DNA from: Chrysomallon squamiferum
Lineage: Eukaryota; Animalia; Mollusca
Reading direction: 5' to 3'
Length of the DNA stretch: 64,000 nucleotides
Assembly: GCA_012295275.1 (NCBI GenBank)
Contig: CM022671.1
Location: forward strand, 11,780,001-11,844,000
Shown here: positions 37,975 to 51,319 of the stretch, piece after piece
Numbering within the stretch: the stretch's first letter is position 1
Layout of the letters: every line of letters begins with the position of its first letter
Program-made: the position numbers and the translations under genes
The notes under the pieces: model-generated
What the model saw: only the letters and a program-made list of their open reading frames with translations
What the model was told of the DNA's origin: nothing
Database searches by the model: none

Positions 37975-40900
37975 TCACAGCTTTTTGAATTGATCATTTT
38001 CCCAAAACTCTGTCAAACGTCCATCTTCATTGGAACAAAATTGTCTGAAATCTGCAAGCATTTTATCCTGAAAATGTTCATCACCAGTATTTCCAGATCT
38101 CCATCGCTTTGACAGCATAAAGTTCCATGACCAGAGAAAACCAATTCCACCTGTCTGACTTTTTGCTACTTCAGCATTAGACTGTTGTCTGGCAATGTAG
38201 TCTTTGTGTAAATCTGAGGATGACTTTTTTGAAAATCCAGATGAATACAGCACACTGGTGGATGGTGATGCTGGTGAATGGTTGACTGGGATGAGTACAA
38301 ACATGCCGCCTGTGCAGTGCACGTACTGGTTCAGCTGTTCATTCGACTCAGATTTGTATCCAATCTTCTGAAGATCAATGTGAGTCTTCATAAACCCAAA
38401 CCTAAAATGTTTTTTTTTTAAAAACACTAATTAGAAAACCCTGATTCAAACAGAACTTGTAAAAAAAAATTAAATTAAAGCAAAATAAATTGGAGAAGGT
38501 GGTAAATTAAATATATCACATATAAAACATGCTTAATACATTCATATTTCATTAAACCTTTTTTTGATTACATATATATGATATATATATATATATCCAT
38601 AATTCTTTTTTATAAAATATGCTTAATAATTATATTTGGTCTGACATAGTTAAAGTCACCTTCTAATAATGGCTTCTTGGAACTGCAGCATTCTCTCTTC
38701 TTGCACTTTGTTTTCACAGTCTACAAATAACAATTTTATAAAAGTCTGTACTTTTATGTTATGAGCAATAATTAAAAACTAGAAAAACTAAACTTTTTTG
38801 AAAATGGAATTAATGAAGTTAATGACTTCTAGTAAGTTTTTCATGGTGTCTACCTACAGTAACTACATGATGTTTTTGCACTAATAAAAAATCTAGAGCA
38901 ATGCTACTGTCATTTCCATTTTTTTTTAAAAAGAAAAATAACAATCAAGAACTTGATGATGAAAAATGTGTATATGTGATAAATATTAAAATACTGGAAT
39001 TTGTTCACACTCACCCCTGAATTGGTTATCTGCATCTTCCAGACAGCTGATCTTCAGTGGGACAAATATGGGACCTCTGAGAGGATCTGAATTTTCAGTG
39101 TTTGGCAAAGCAAATGGATCAACAGGGACTGGAAGTAGGTGAAAACCACAGGAGCCAGCTTTCCTCATCCAAGTGTACACCTGTAATAAGAAAATACTAG
39201 GAAAAGTCACAAAAGAAAATCAAGTTTAGCAAAACTTTTTTTTTTTCTCGATGAATTCTTAGTAGTGTCAGATAACACATATACAAAATATATGACTTAC
39301 ATTTTCATTATTTGAAACACTTTGAAATTTAAGAATTATTATACTGAAGATAATTGATGTATATTAACAGAAAAATTAACTGCTAAATTATTTGTGTTAA
39401 ATGTTCATTTTAATATTTTAATATCCAATTTCCAATGAAAACATTTCCACTCATTCTGTTAATAATTTAATAAACATTTTGCATCACAACTGAAAAATGC
39501 TGGAATTATAAATATATTAAAAAATTGATTTGTAAGAATACTAGATAAATTTATCCTGGCTTTTTGTGATTTTATTATCTGTAAAATTAAAAAATTATTA
39601 TGACTGAGATGTAAAATGGTTTTCATACCAGTTCTCCAAGGAGACATCCTGTGGCCACCATCCACTGAACCTGCAGTTCAAAGGCACACAGGGGGCTGTA
39701 GTAGGCATGGTAACGAGCTGTCGCCCATTCAGGCCGCTTACTTTTCCCAGCATCAACGTCAACATTCACATACTTATGTAGCAAAGTAGCTGAAATAAGA
39801 AATAAAATACTAATTTTTATCAGCAGATCTCAATTATTCTTCATATAAATGTACCCAAAAATCATTTAAAAATGTAACTATATATGTATTACCTGAAATA
39901 TAGTTCCAGCTTGCTTATGGTATCCTGATTCAAGATAGCCATAACACATTCAATATGTGTTCTATATAATTATATTTCTAAAAAAATTAATTTATAGATT
40001 TTGATTTTAAAATATTCCTTTATCCTTTGCACGTACCTAAGGTTGTCATATATAAAGTGGTTTTGGTAAGTACTTGTTTTACATATTTGAAAATTGTTTT
40101 ATATATTCTGATATAGACCTTTTAATATTATTTATGTAGGTGAAGCACCCAGTTTTTATTACCAAAATATTTCAATAAAAAAAAAAAAAAAAATCTTTTG
40201 GCAAAACATGAGTGTAATTAAAAATAATTGTTAAATAAATAAAAAATAAATTTTGAAATTCTACATACATTTATTAATTTACTTTTACAAAATAATGTTA
40301 TACAAAAATAAATAAAAAGTAAATAATAAATTATAACATTTACATCAATGAATACATTTGCAGAATACACATCAAAAATTATTCATTTAAATTATTATAT
40401 CTTAAATATACAGAAACAAATTTATTAGTAATGTGCATAAAAAAAAAAAAAAAAAAAATATCTTAAGTGAGTCTGAAAAAATGTTTTAATCAATTTCAAC
40501 TAATTAGTTCAATTAAAAAAAAAGTGAAAAAGTGAAACATTAAAAATACTTATAGCTTTAACCACAGCTTATTAAAATATGAGTAAAAACAAACAGAACA
40601 ATAGATAAACTATAAAAACAATGTAACAGTAATAATTCAGATATATTCATCTGTTTTAAAATAATGTTTCTCAATCGTGATAAACGTACAAAATGGACAT
40701 AAGATTATGTGCTGATTCTTAAATGCAACTTCTGAAAACATTGTGTGGTAATAAGCTCCAAATAACAGATTTTTAATCTTGTTATTTCAAACTCACCATT
40801 TTCTGTCCACATAATTATCTTGCCTGAAAATAATTCACCAACTGAGCTAAACATTTAAATAACTTACTCAAACCAAAACATCCATTGAAAAACTCCAGAA

Positions 40901-43900
40901 AAAAAAAAAAGTAAATGAAGAATATGAAGCAAACATAAAAAAATAAAAAAAATAAATCTTCATTAAAAAAAAAAAAAAAAAAAAAATAATAAGAACTATA
41001 ATAAAAATTCATGCAGATGAAGTTAGTTTGAATTATAAATCATCTGACCTCCAACATTTACATTTTGATATGTAAATGTACAAATATACAAATGTTTTTA
41101 TTGCTGATCACCTTTCTCATTTAAGTGCTTTGTTACAAGCAGGGGAATCAGTTCAAATGTTTCTCTATAAAACATTAATGTCTGCTTAATATTAATAATA
41201 CTGTTGAGACAATAAGCAATGATACATTCAATTGAAATTCAAATGATTGCTTTAGATTTTCCAGAATAAAAACATGCTCACTCCTATACATATGTACACA
41301 CACTCATGAAGCAGATACATATACAAAACAAACTTATGAGCACACACATGTTGACAATTAATTACAAATATTTATAATGATTACCAAGTTGCTGTCCCCA
41401 TCCTTGTTTTACCATTCCGGTCTGGACTCGCCAGTCTTCTACTGTTATGTTTGTACTGGTCGAATTTTGTTCCTGCTGGTCTGTGTCAGGAAGGAAGACT
41501 TTTACAGGACTTTTGACCATCTCATCCTTGTCACTTGACTCAGGCACACAAGTAACCTCCATAACCTCATTCTGAAACAACATGTTGTACAGGCAGCTGG
41601 GATAAGGAAGATTCAGAGTTTCTGAAATGAAAATTAAATAATTATAATCACTTTCCGTTGTATGTAATTTAAACAAGAATGAGATATTTTAGCAAATGTG
41701 ATCTTGTGAGATAAAGCATTACAAATACATGATTCATTTTCTTAAAATTTGTTTTTGAATTAATAAAAGTTTATACCAGTTACTAATATAAATTAAAATA
41801 AACTATACTAATTTATCTGTATTAAAATATTCACAAAATAAAACATAAACAAAAATTAAATTAAAGAATCAAATAATATTTAACCTGAAAAAGTATGCAT
41901 TTTTGTCAATACATAAATCATTATATTTTGAGCATGAATGGATTTGTTAAAATTGTGTAAAAATAAAAATAATCAACATTCCCACCCAGTAAAGTGATTA
42001 AATTAAATCAGATTTACATAATTCTTTTGTTCCATTTTCTTGTTTCTTTTTTATTTTTTAAAATGATCTTCTAACAGTTTTAAATTAGCATACAATTTTG
42101 TAATTGATGATGTATCTAGCTATCAAGTTAAAAGTGTATAAAACTCTTCTTTATTAACACATTTATTCTAAAAAAAAAATAATGTTAAGTTAAAACTTTA
42201 GAGAAAATCAATATTTTCTTTTCTCTATGTCAAACACACAGGATTCTTTCCAGATCAGCTGAGAAATAAATAATATCTGATCTAATGCTGATTATATAAA
42301 ACAACTTTTAACCACAACTTAACATATTAAATAGTTTTACCAGGTTTTCCTTTCGAGGGTGGAATACAGTATATGTAAAAACCATAGATAAACTTGTGTT
42401 GAGCATTGCCAGATGCATGATACACTAATTTCTCATTCATCAGTCTCTGTAACAGAGGTAATAGTTTATAAAAACAAAAATATCTTTAAAAATGAAGTGT
42501 AAAAAATATCAATAAAATTATTAAGATGTAAAAAAAATGTATATCAAAAAAATAAAAAAACCCAGAAACCCTTACCACCCTCAAAATTATATAAATAAAA
42601 AAATAAAATAATAATAATAAATTCCAAACAAATCAAACAATAAAATCACTCCTGTGAAAAAAATAAAATAAGAAACTGAGAAAATGTTTTAAACAATAGT
42701 ATTAAAAATAAAAATTTAAATTTTGAAAACACAAGTCTTAAAAATTTTAAACTTAAAAAATATTTTAATTACAGTTTTCAATATAAAGACTAATTTATTA
42801 TTGTTTTTTTAAAATGTATTAAACTATTTAACTATTTACAAAGTGTACAAATAAACTACCTGCATGAGACCCACTGCCTCGTCAATGGTGACAATGCCAT
42901 GAACTGACTGCTGACACCACGACACAGCTTCTTCAGAGATAAAACAGTTCTGTGACAAACCCGTCTGCTTGGGCAAGAAGAAAAGACCATTCCTTAAAAT
43001 AAAATAATAAATCATTAATTAACTATCTGTGCACTCTATCATAAAAAAATTAAAAATTAAAAAATGTAAAAATAAAAATAATTAGAAATTTAATTAAACC
43101 TTCTTAAATACAAACAATAATACAATTTTAACCTGAGTAAAATCATAAGTGCTAATGTAAAAATTATCAACATTTAGTTAATTCTATCCTAATTACATCT
43201 TACATTCAATTAAAAACTTACATACACCAAAATACTAATTACTTTATACAACCTATTTGATCACTGAGAAAGAAAAAGAAAATGCTGACATCTTAATGTA
43301 GTAATATTTATTTATAGTTTAAAAGTGTTTTTTTTATCACAACAGAACAAACCTACAGCAAACATTAATTGTTTACAAGCAATAATAATAAAGTAATAAT
43401 TTTAAAGTGAACAAGAATTAATTGATATTTATAAATAAAAAAATTAAATTGAACACCTACTTTTCATCAAGAAGTGCTTCAATAAGTTTATTTGAGGGAG
43501 ATGCTGCGGTCAGTCTGTCTTCTTTCTCTTTCTGACTGGAAATTCAGAATAATTTGATGAAAGTTATTGCATATGAAAAGAACACTCATGTAATAGTTGT
43601 AATATAACACACAGTTCTGATGATTATTCATGTAATAGCTGTAATATAAGAGTTCTGATGATTATTCATGTAATAGTGATATATAAGACATTTCTGATTA
43701 TTATTCATTTAATAGCTGTAATATAACATACAGTTCTGATGATTATTCATGTAATAGCTGTAATATAACATACAGTTCTGATGATTATTCATGTAATAGT
43801 TGTAATATAACAGACAGATCTGATGATTATTCATGTAAAAGCTGTAATATAAGAGTTCTGATGATTATTCATGTAATAGTTGTAATATAACAGATCTGAT

Positions 43901-46900
43901 GATTATTCATGTAATAGTTGTAATATAACAGACAGATCTGATGATTATTCATCTAATAGTTGTAATATAACATACAGTTCTGATGATTATTCATGTAATA
44001 GTTGTAATATAACAGACAGATCTGATGATTATTCATGTAATAGTTGTAATATAACACAGTTCTGATGATTATTCATGTAATAGTTGTAATATAACAGACA
44101 GATCTGATGATTATTCATGTAATAGTTGTAATATAACAGACAGATCTGATGATTATTCATGTAATAGTTGTAATATAACATACAGTTCTGATGATTATTC
44201 ATGTAATAGTTGTAATATAACAGACAGATCTGATGATTATTCATGTAATAGTTGTAATATAAGACAGATCTGATGATTATTCATGTAATAGTTGTAATAT
44301 AACAGACAGATCTGATGATATAAAGCCTCAGTGATAAACTTCTTCATCTTTGACTTTTACAGATACCTGAAAATTACTTATTGATAAGAGTGAATAAAAA
44401 GAGATCAAATAAATTTTTTTCACAATATATTTAAAAAAAAATAATAATAAAAAATAAATAAAAAAGATCATATTTCAATGAAATCAGCTTTTTTAAACAT
44501 TTTTATAAATTATCACAAAAACTAATTAATTTTATTTTTTATATATAGCAAAATTTTAAAATGAAAGGTATTTTGTTTATTTTCTTGTTTTTTTTTACAT
44601 GTTACAAAGTTTTAAAACCTGTCTTGTTCAGTTGTTTTTCCAGGACTGTTCTCTGTGCTGCCAGCAGCTGGGGAGTCTGGCTGAGTTACAACCTGAAATG
44701 AAGAGACAGACTATCAACACAGAAACACTTATTATTTTACTCTTTAATTATTAAACATTGTAACAAGTAAGTTTTCTTTATTCCTCTAACATACTGCAAA
44801 TTTCACTTTCCTTATTCTCCATTACCAATAACTGATTACTAATTTCTATTAAAACTTTCTACACATGATCTCTGTAAATAAAAAAATGTATGCATTTATT
44901 TTTGATAAACATTTTTAATCAAGTAAATAAATAAATATTTACAAAATATGTTAAATATCTTTTTTTATTATTTTTTTTATTTTTTACACAACATATTAAA
45001 AAAAAAAAAACAGTATTTGATGATACTAACCTTTGACCTTCTGGTCTGTGATCTCTTCAGTTTATTTAAAATTTCTACCATTTTCACAAACCCATTGATC
45101 ATTGAATTCAATTCTTGTGGACTTTTGTCTTCATAGATATCACATCTTAATGAAAAATAAATAAAAATTAAAAAACATTTGATTATGAAATATCAAAAAT
45201 ACACGTTAACTTTGATGTTAAGAATTATGATAAATCTATCAGTATCACTATTAATAATAATAAAGTAAGTAAAAAAAGTTTAAATATAAAATATTTTAAA
45301 AATTAAGAAAAGAAATACAAAAGTGAAACTGCATAAAGGAAAATGAATAACTATATAAACTCTTTAACTAACAACTCACCGAGGACTTCCATCAATGATT
45401 TTCTTTGTAGCTGTATTGTTGCATGGAAGAACAAAAAACCTGCTTCTCCAGTATTTCAATGTCTGAAATAAAAACAAGCCAGTTGAAATACAATATCACT
45501 GTTGATAAACCCCAAAAGAAACAAAAATAGTAAAATATGTTTAAACATTCATTCGTTATCACAGCTAAAACCAGTGAACATTTAAATAGTGGTTTTCTAG
45601 TGTTTTTCTAAAAACACTTAATTTTTATTTTTGTCTGATTTATATACATGAAACAATGAAAATAAAAAATTAAATTGAAAATGAAAATGAAAATGAAAAT
45701 AGTGTTTTTCTATATATTAACGTAAAAGATAAAAATCTCACGTCAATTAGACCGTAGTCACCCTCCCCCCGAGTACAGATGTACTGGTCAAGGTAGTTCC
45801 AGTTGTAGTTCTCCAGTCGCTGGTTTCTGAACTTTGTGAAGGAGACCTCATAGCTGTAGGAGTCAGGAGCCTGGAACCTGTACTGGTATTCATGTCGCAA
45901 TTCTGGTTGTGGATGTCTGTCAAAAAATAATTTGTTATTTCATTTTCAGACAAAAATTAAAATTAAGTGTTTATAGAAGAGAAAAACTGAAATAAATAAA
46001 CTTTGTTATAATTGTTAAAACAGAGAAAAACATAATAAAAATAAACTTTAAGGAAAATTACTGTTCTATTTATAATTAATTAGACAAATCTTAGTCTGTA
46101 CTTTGTCACCTGTCAAATAGTGAACAAAACAACGATTCTGTTTTTATCTATTTAAATAGATACAACTGAATCTGTTTCTAGTCGCACAGTGAAGAAAACA
46201 ACTATTCTATTTTTCTCTATTCTGTTTTTATCTATTTGAGTAGACAAACCTGGGTCTGTATCTTGTCACATTGTCATATAGTGAATAAATCAACTATTCT
46301 TTTTTAATCTATTTGAGTAGACACATCTGAGTCTGTATCTACTTGCATAGTGAAGAAAACAAATATTTTATTTTTATCTATTTGAGTAGACAAACCTGGG
46401 TCTGTATCTTGTCACTGTGATGGCAGGGCCAGACAAAGTCAGTTTGTGAAATATTCTACCAATACTCAGATAATACTCTTCCTGAAATTCAGAAATTAAA
46501 TAATTTAGTTTTCAGTTAATTTAATTATATTAAGCTGTTTTTACTGTATTTAAAATAAAATGCATTAGACTTTTTCCTTATTTAATCTTGTGATTTTGAA
46601 GAAGACATATTTTGGAAATAAAACAACAGATAAATATATATGCCTGATAACATGGATACTACTAAGACAAACCAATAAGGAAAACATACAATTATAAATA
46701 AAAATAAACACTCCATGAAAAACATTTTACTCACTAACCAGTTTTAACAATCACATGTATGCACATATATGCACAGTACACACATCCATACAGACACACA
46801 CTTGCTCATTTATTACATTAATTACATTAATAAAGATGCCACTAACACAGACAAACCACATTAATATTCAAACTAAGTATCTGAACAGTAAAGCTGCTTA

Positions 46901-49900
46901 CACACTGGACTCTCTGGGATCTTGATCTCATTAATCCTGATGTGTGAGGACTGGAACCCAGCTGTACTGCATCACTTGGTGATCCATTCTTTGTACTTTT
47001 TATCAACTGAAAACCCTGCAATCAAACTTTTATTATTAGCATTTTTTACATTATTTTTTTTTAAATGTAAGAAAATGATCTTGTAATTACTGAATATCTA
47101 TAGTAAATCCCAATCAGAAATTTTAACTATCACATAATTTTTCTATAAAGAAGGAAAAACAGTCAAAAACAGCTAAAAATAATAATAATAGTGGTAGTAG
47201 TAGTATTAGTACTAGTAGTGATAATATTTGCAGTCATATTAGAAGCAGAAGTAGTAACCCCATGTAATGTGAAAAATGTTTCAGTATAAGGATTAATTCA
47301 TTAAAAAAATACAGAACAGAATACATGGTAATATTTCAAAGACTGAGGAAATTATTTAATGTATTCTACCTGTGCCAATCTCTGTGAAATGAGTTCTTTG
47401 AAAACCTGAACAGTAGATGGAGGTTTTCTTCTGTAGAAACTTTCATCTTCTGTGTGTGATGTTCTGAAAATAACATCATTCAGACTATGATTTTGTCAGT
47501 TATAATAATAGTAGGTTATAGCTAATAGTAGTAGTAGTAGCTGCAGCAGTAGTATTAGAGTTGTAGTAGTACTAGTAGTAGTAGTTGTGGTGATGATAAA
47601 GAAAGAATTATAGAACAAAGATATGAAATTGTATATGAAACACAAAAAATGTATTTAATAAATTATAAACGATGGAGTTAAGACTTAATAAACAACATTA
47701 CTGAACATAAACAGCCAAACAACAATGCATGTAGGTATTTTCATGAAATATATTATACAATTATTTTCTCTCAAAAAAATACACTGAAGTTAGTTAATTT
47801 TAGCTGATATTAGAATGAACAATTATTCCTTTAACATGAGAAATATTAAAACACTGACACACAAAATCCATATACCAGCATAAAAAACTATATATTAAAA
47901 ATGTTCATACACCATATCCATAAAATTCAGAACATTTATATCAATACAATTTTTCAGTGGAGTATCTTGTAAGAAAAAAACCCTACACATAATTCTAGTT
48001 TATAAGAGAACTTACTTGGATCCATAGTCACTGGTGTCATCTGGCAGCAGTGAGTAGTCAGAAACGACATAGTCGTAGTGCAGACTGCGTCTGTCAGGGA
48101 AGTAGTCAGTGGTTATGGGCAAAGATGCTGGGATTGTCAGTGACTTCCAGTCCACACCTATTGTAAAATAGTCACATGTAACAACACTTTATATAGCATT
48201 TCAAAATATAAATAATGTTATTTACTCTCTCAGAGACTCACCGAGCAGTGTCAAGTTACTGATGTAGAGTTTTGTAAAGTAAGAAGAGTATCAAATCACA
48301 CTGCATTTGACTGATTAAATGGCTATGTTGTATTAGTGTGTGGATGTGTGTGTGTGTTAATGTAATAAAATAAAATTTTATATTAAATTAAGAGTACATA
48401 AATCACAATATGTATGTGTGAGAAATTGTGTTGTAAATCAGAGATTGGTGAGTTTGTTACTACATAAATTTTTGTTATTTTATTATTCTCTGTATTACAT
48501 GCTGCTGAAATAAAAATAAAAATACTTGTCTATTTTTTCACATCACCAAAAATACAAAAATCCAAAACACATTAAGCCACATATCATAGTTGCAAGTGAA
48601 AAACACAAAACAAAAGCTAGTTACTTCTATTATGTAATACCATCACAGTGAACAAAATAAAACTAAGTTACAGAAGAACAAGAGATTGACAATCAAAGTA
48701 ATAACATCAAACCATGCAAAATAATAAAACAGTTTCAGACTGGTATTAAAAGTAAAAACAAACCACATAACCAAAACAGAAAAAATATAAACTTGATTAA
48801 CACAGAAGTAACTGTACTGCATGCAGAAAATCTGTACTAAATATATGCTGAGACACACAAGTTTAAATGATATTAATTCATTACTTATCAGTATATTGAT
48901 ACACAAATAAATTAAGAAAATAGATGAAAGACCAGAAGTCAAGCAGTTATGTTACTATTTTTTAAAACTGTTTGAATATGTACATCTTTCTGAAGTTAAA
49001 AAATGTACTCATAATTAAGAAAAGTTTTGTTATAAATTTTTGTATGGAAAAATACACTAATTCATAGAATTTCATGTAATACATAATGTAACAGCATGCA
49101 GAAAAAACAACATATACTTCAGCATGGAGAATAATAGAAACAGTTTAGTATTCACAATACACTAGCAATGAAATGTACTAGAACCAGATTACTGAGAAAA
49201 ATCTTGAAGCTTTTACTCAATGGCTAGAATAAACATGTTTAGTGAAAACAGAATTACAATACTGATCTTCCAAAGTAAACTGCTCATCTGCATTTCGGAT
49301 ATCTGGTCTATAATCTCATATTAAATAATTAAAAAAAAACAAAAAAAACCATTTAATTTAAATTTAGAACAATTTAAAAACAGTGCTGATTTAAAAAGTG
49401 TTTCAAACAAAGCAGACAAATCATTTGAAAAAATGCACGAGACACTTCGAAACCTAAATAAAAATTATAAACAAAAACAACGCGCAAACCATGTTATTAG
49501 ATACTGTGCAAATATTATAATGTACTATAATTTTACAAAAAATATAAACCCACATCATAAATTGTGCCACTTGGAAAAAGCACTAGGATACAGATGTAAC
49601 TGTACTAGTACAGAATATTATATAATTAAGCAGTATACAGAAATACTAGCACAAAGAATATACTACTAACACAGAGAATACACTAGCATACATTATAATG
49701 TACTAACATGGAATATACTACTAACACAGAGAATACACTAGCATACATTATAATGTACTAACATGGAATATACTAGCAATCAGAATATACCAGTATACAT
49801 ATATGTACTAACATACGGAATATACTAGTATTCAGAATATACCAGTATATATAATGTACTAGCATACGGAATATACATGCAATCAGAATATACTATACAA

Positions 49901-51133
49901 CGTAAGGAATATTTTATATTATATATACAGTATACATAATGTACCAACATACAGAATATACTAGTATTCAGAATATACTAACATGTTCAATATCTCTCGT
50001 GGGACCATGTATGTACAAACAGAGAATAAAATAATGTACAGAATATACTAGTATATACAATATTCTAACATACAGAATATACCAGTATACATATACAGAA
50101 TAGTACTGAGTTCATAGTATACAAATTATTGCAGAATATGTTAACATATGGAAGATACCAGCATCCACAATATACTAGTATACAAAATATACATGTATAC
50201 AGAATTACTAGTATACTGAATTATTATTATCAAAGATAACATACTAACATATCTAAATACTATGATATTGACTAATATATAGAAGCACTAGCATAAAAAG
50301 CTTCAAAAATGAAATTAAGGTTTAACTGAAAGAAGTTATAGTTAGATTTAATTAAGCTTATAAATTATAAAAGACAGAGCCATCACCAATAACAACTGCA
50401 GTATCAGTGCCTGCCCAAGAATTAAAGAGATGTCAAAGAGCTTCTCTTGTACTTGCAAACAGAAAATAACTGACATCTGATGAACTAATAAAAATGAACT
50501 AATTAATATATTTATGAATATGCTAATGTATTCTCTTTGTCAATGTAATCTGTTCTTCAGTGTAAAACAGAAAAGAAACAATCTCTCTAAACAAACAGAT
50601 CTAACTATAGCAAGAGCATTTGAGAACTGCAAACCTTCCAGCAACTACAGGTGCAACTATACAACATACAATACTTAAACATACTTATTCCAGCACAGAA
50701 ATTTTGTGAGTTTGAATCAGCTGAAATAATTGTCTTGATTAGGTGAGATCCAGTTTTGTTAGTCTCATCCTGTGTCAGTGGTCGCCAGTCCCAGCCTGTT
50801 AACAACAAGAGCACATATACACAGAATCAGGTTTATAACATTAGCTTGACCTGTCACTTCACTCTGTGAGTTCACATTGTTCAACACTTGGTGTTCACAC
50901 TGCACAATAATAATAACAACAACAATAATAATCTCGATCATTATTTAAATTTCACATAATTTCTTTTGATAAATTTTCCTGCACTTAAAGCATACTTAAA
51001 GTATAAATTGTTTTAAGTATAAAATGGCTGTGACTCACAGACACTAGTACTAACTAATTAACTCAATATAAACAGTGATCTTTCTTTCTTTTTTTTCTTT
51101 TTTCTTTCTTACATTATATATTTTTTATTTACT

Positions 51134-51167
<34 letters not shown>

Positions 51168-51270
51168 TAAGAAACTAATTTTCCTAAATATGGACTTAAA
51201 CAGAATTCTAAAAATAATTTTCAAGTTGTAGTAACTATAAATCACAACCAGAACTGATTAAAAACACTTT

Positions 51271-51319
<49 letters not shown>

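Noticed and set aside
40867-40891. 25-nt segment ending in a gtaagt donor just upstream of the 27-nt microexon
   Set aside because: GAG acceptor, frameshifting length and only 43 nt to the next acceptor.
43585-44318. CRISPR-like appearance and repetitive ORF 44029..44244
   Set aside because: Contiguous tandem units with no unique spacers and no cas genes, inside a eukaryotic intron: a minisatellite.
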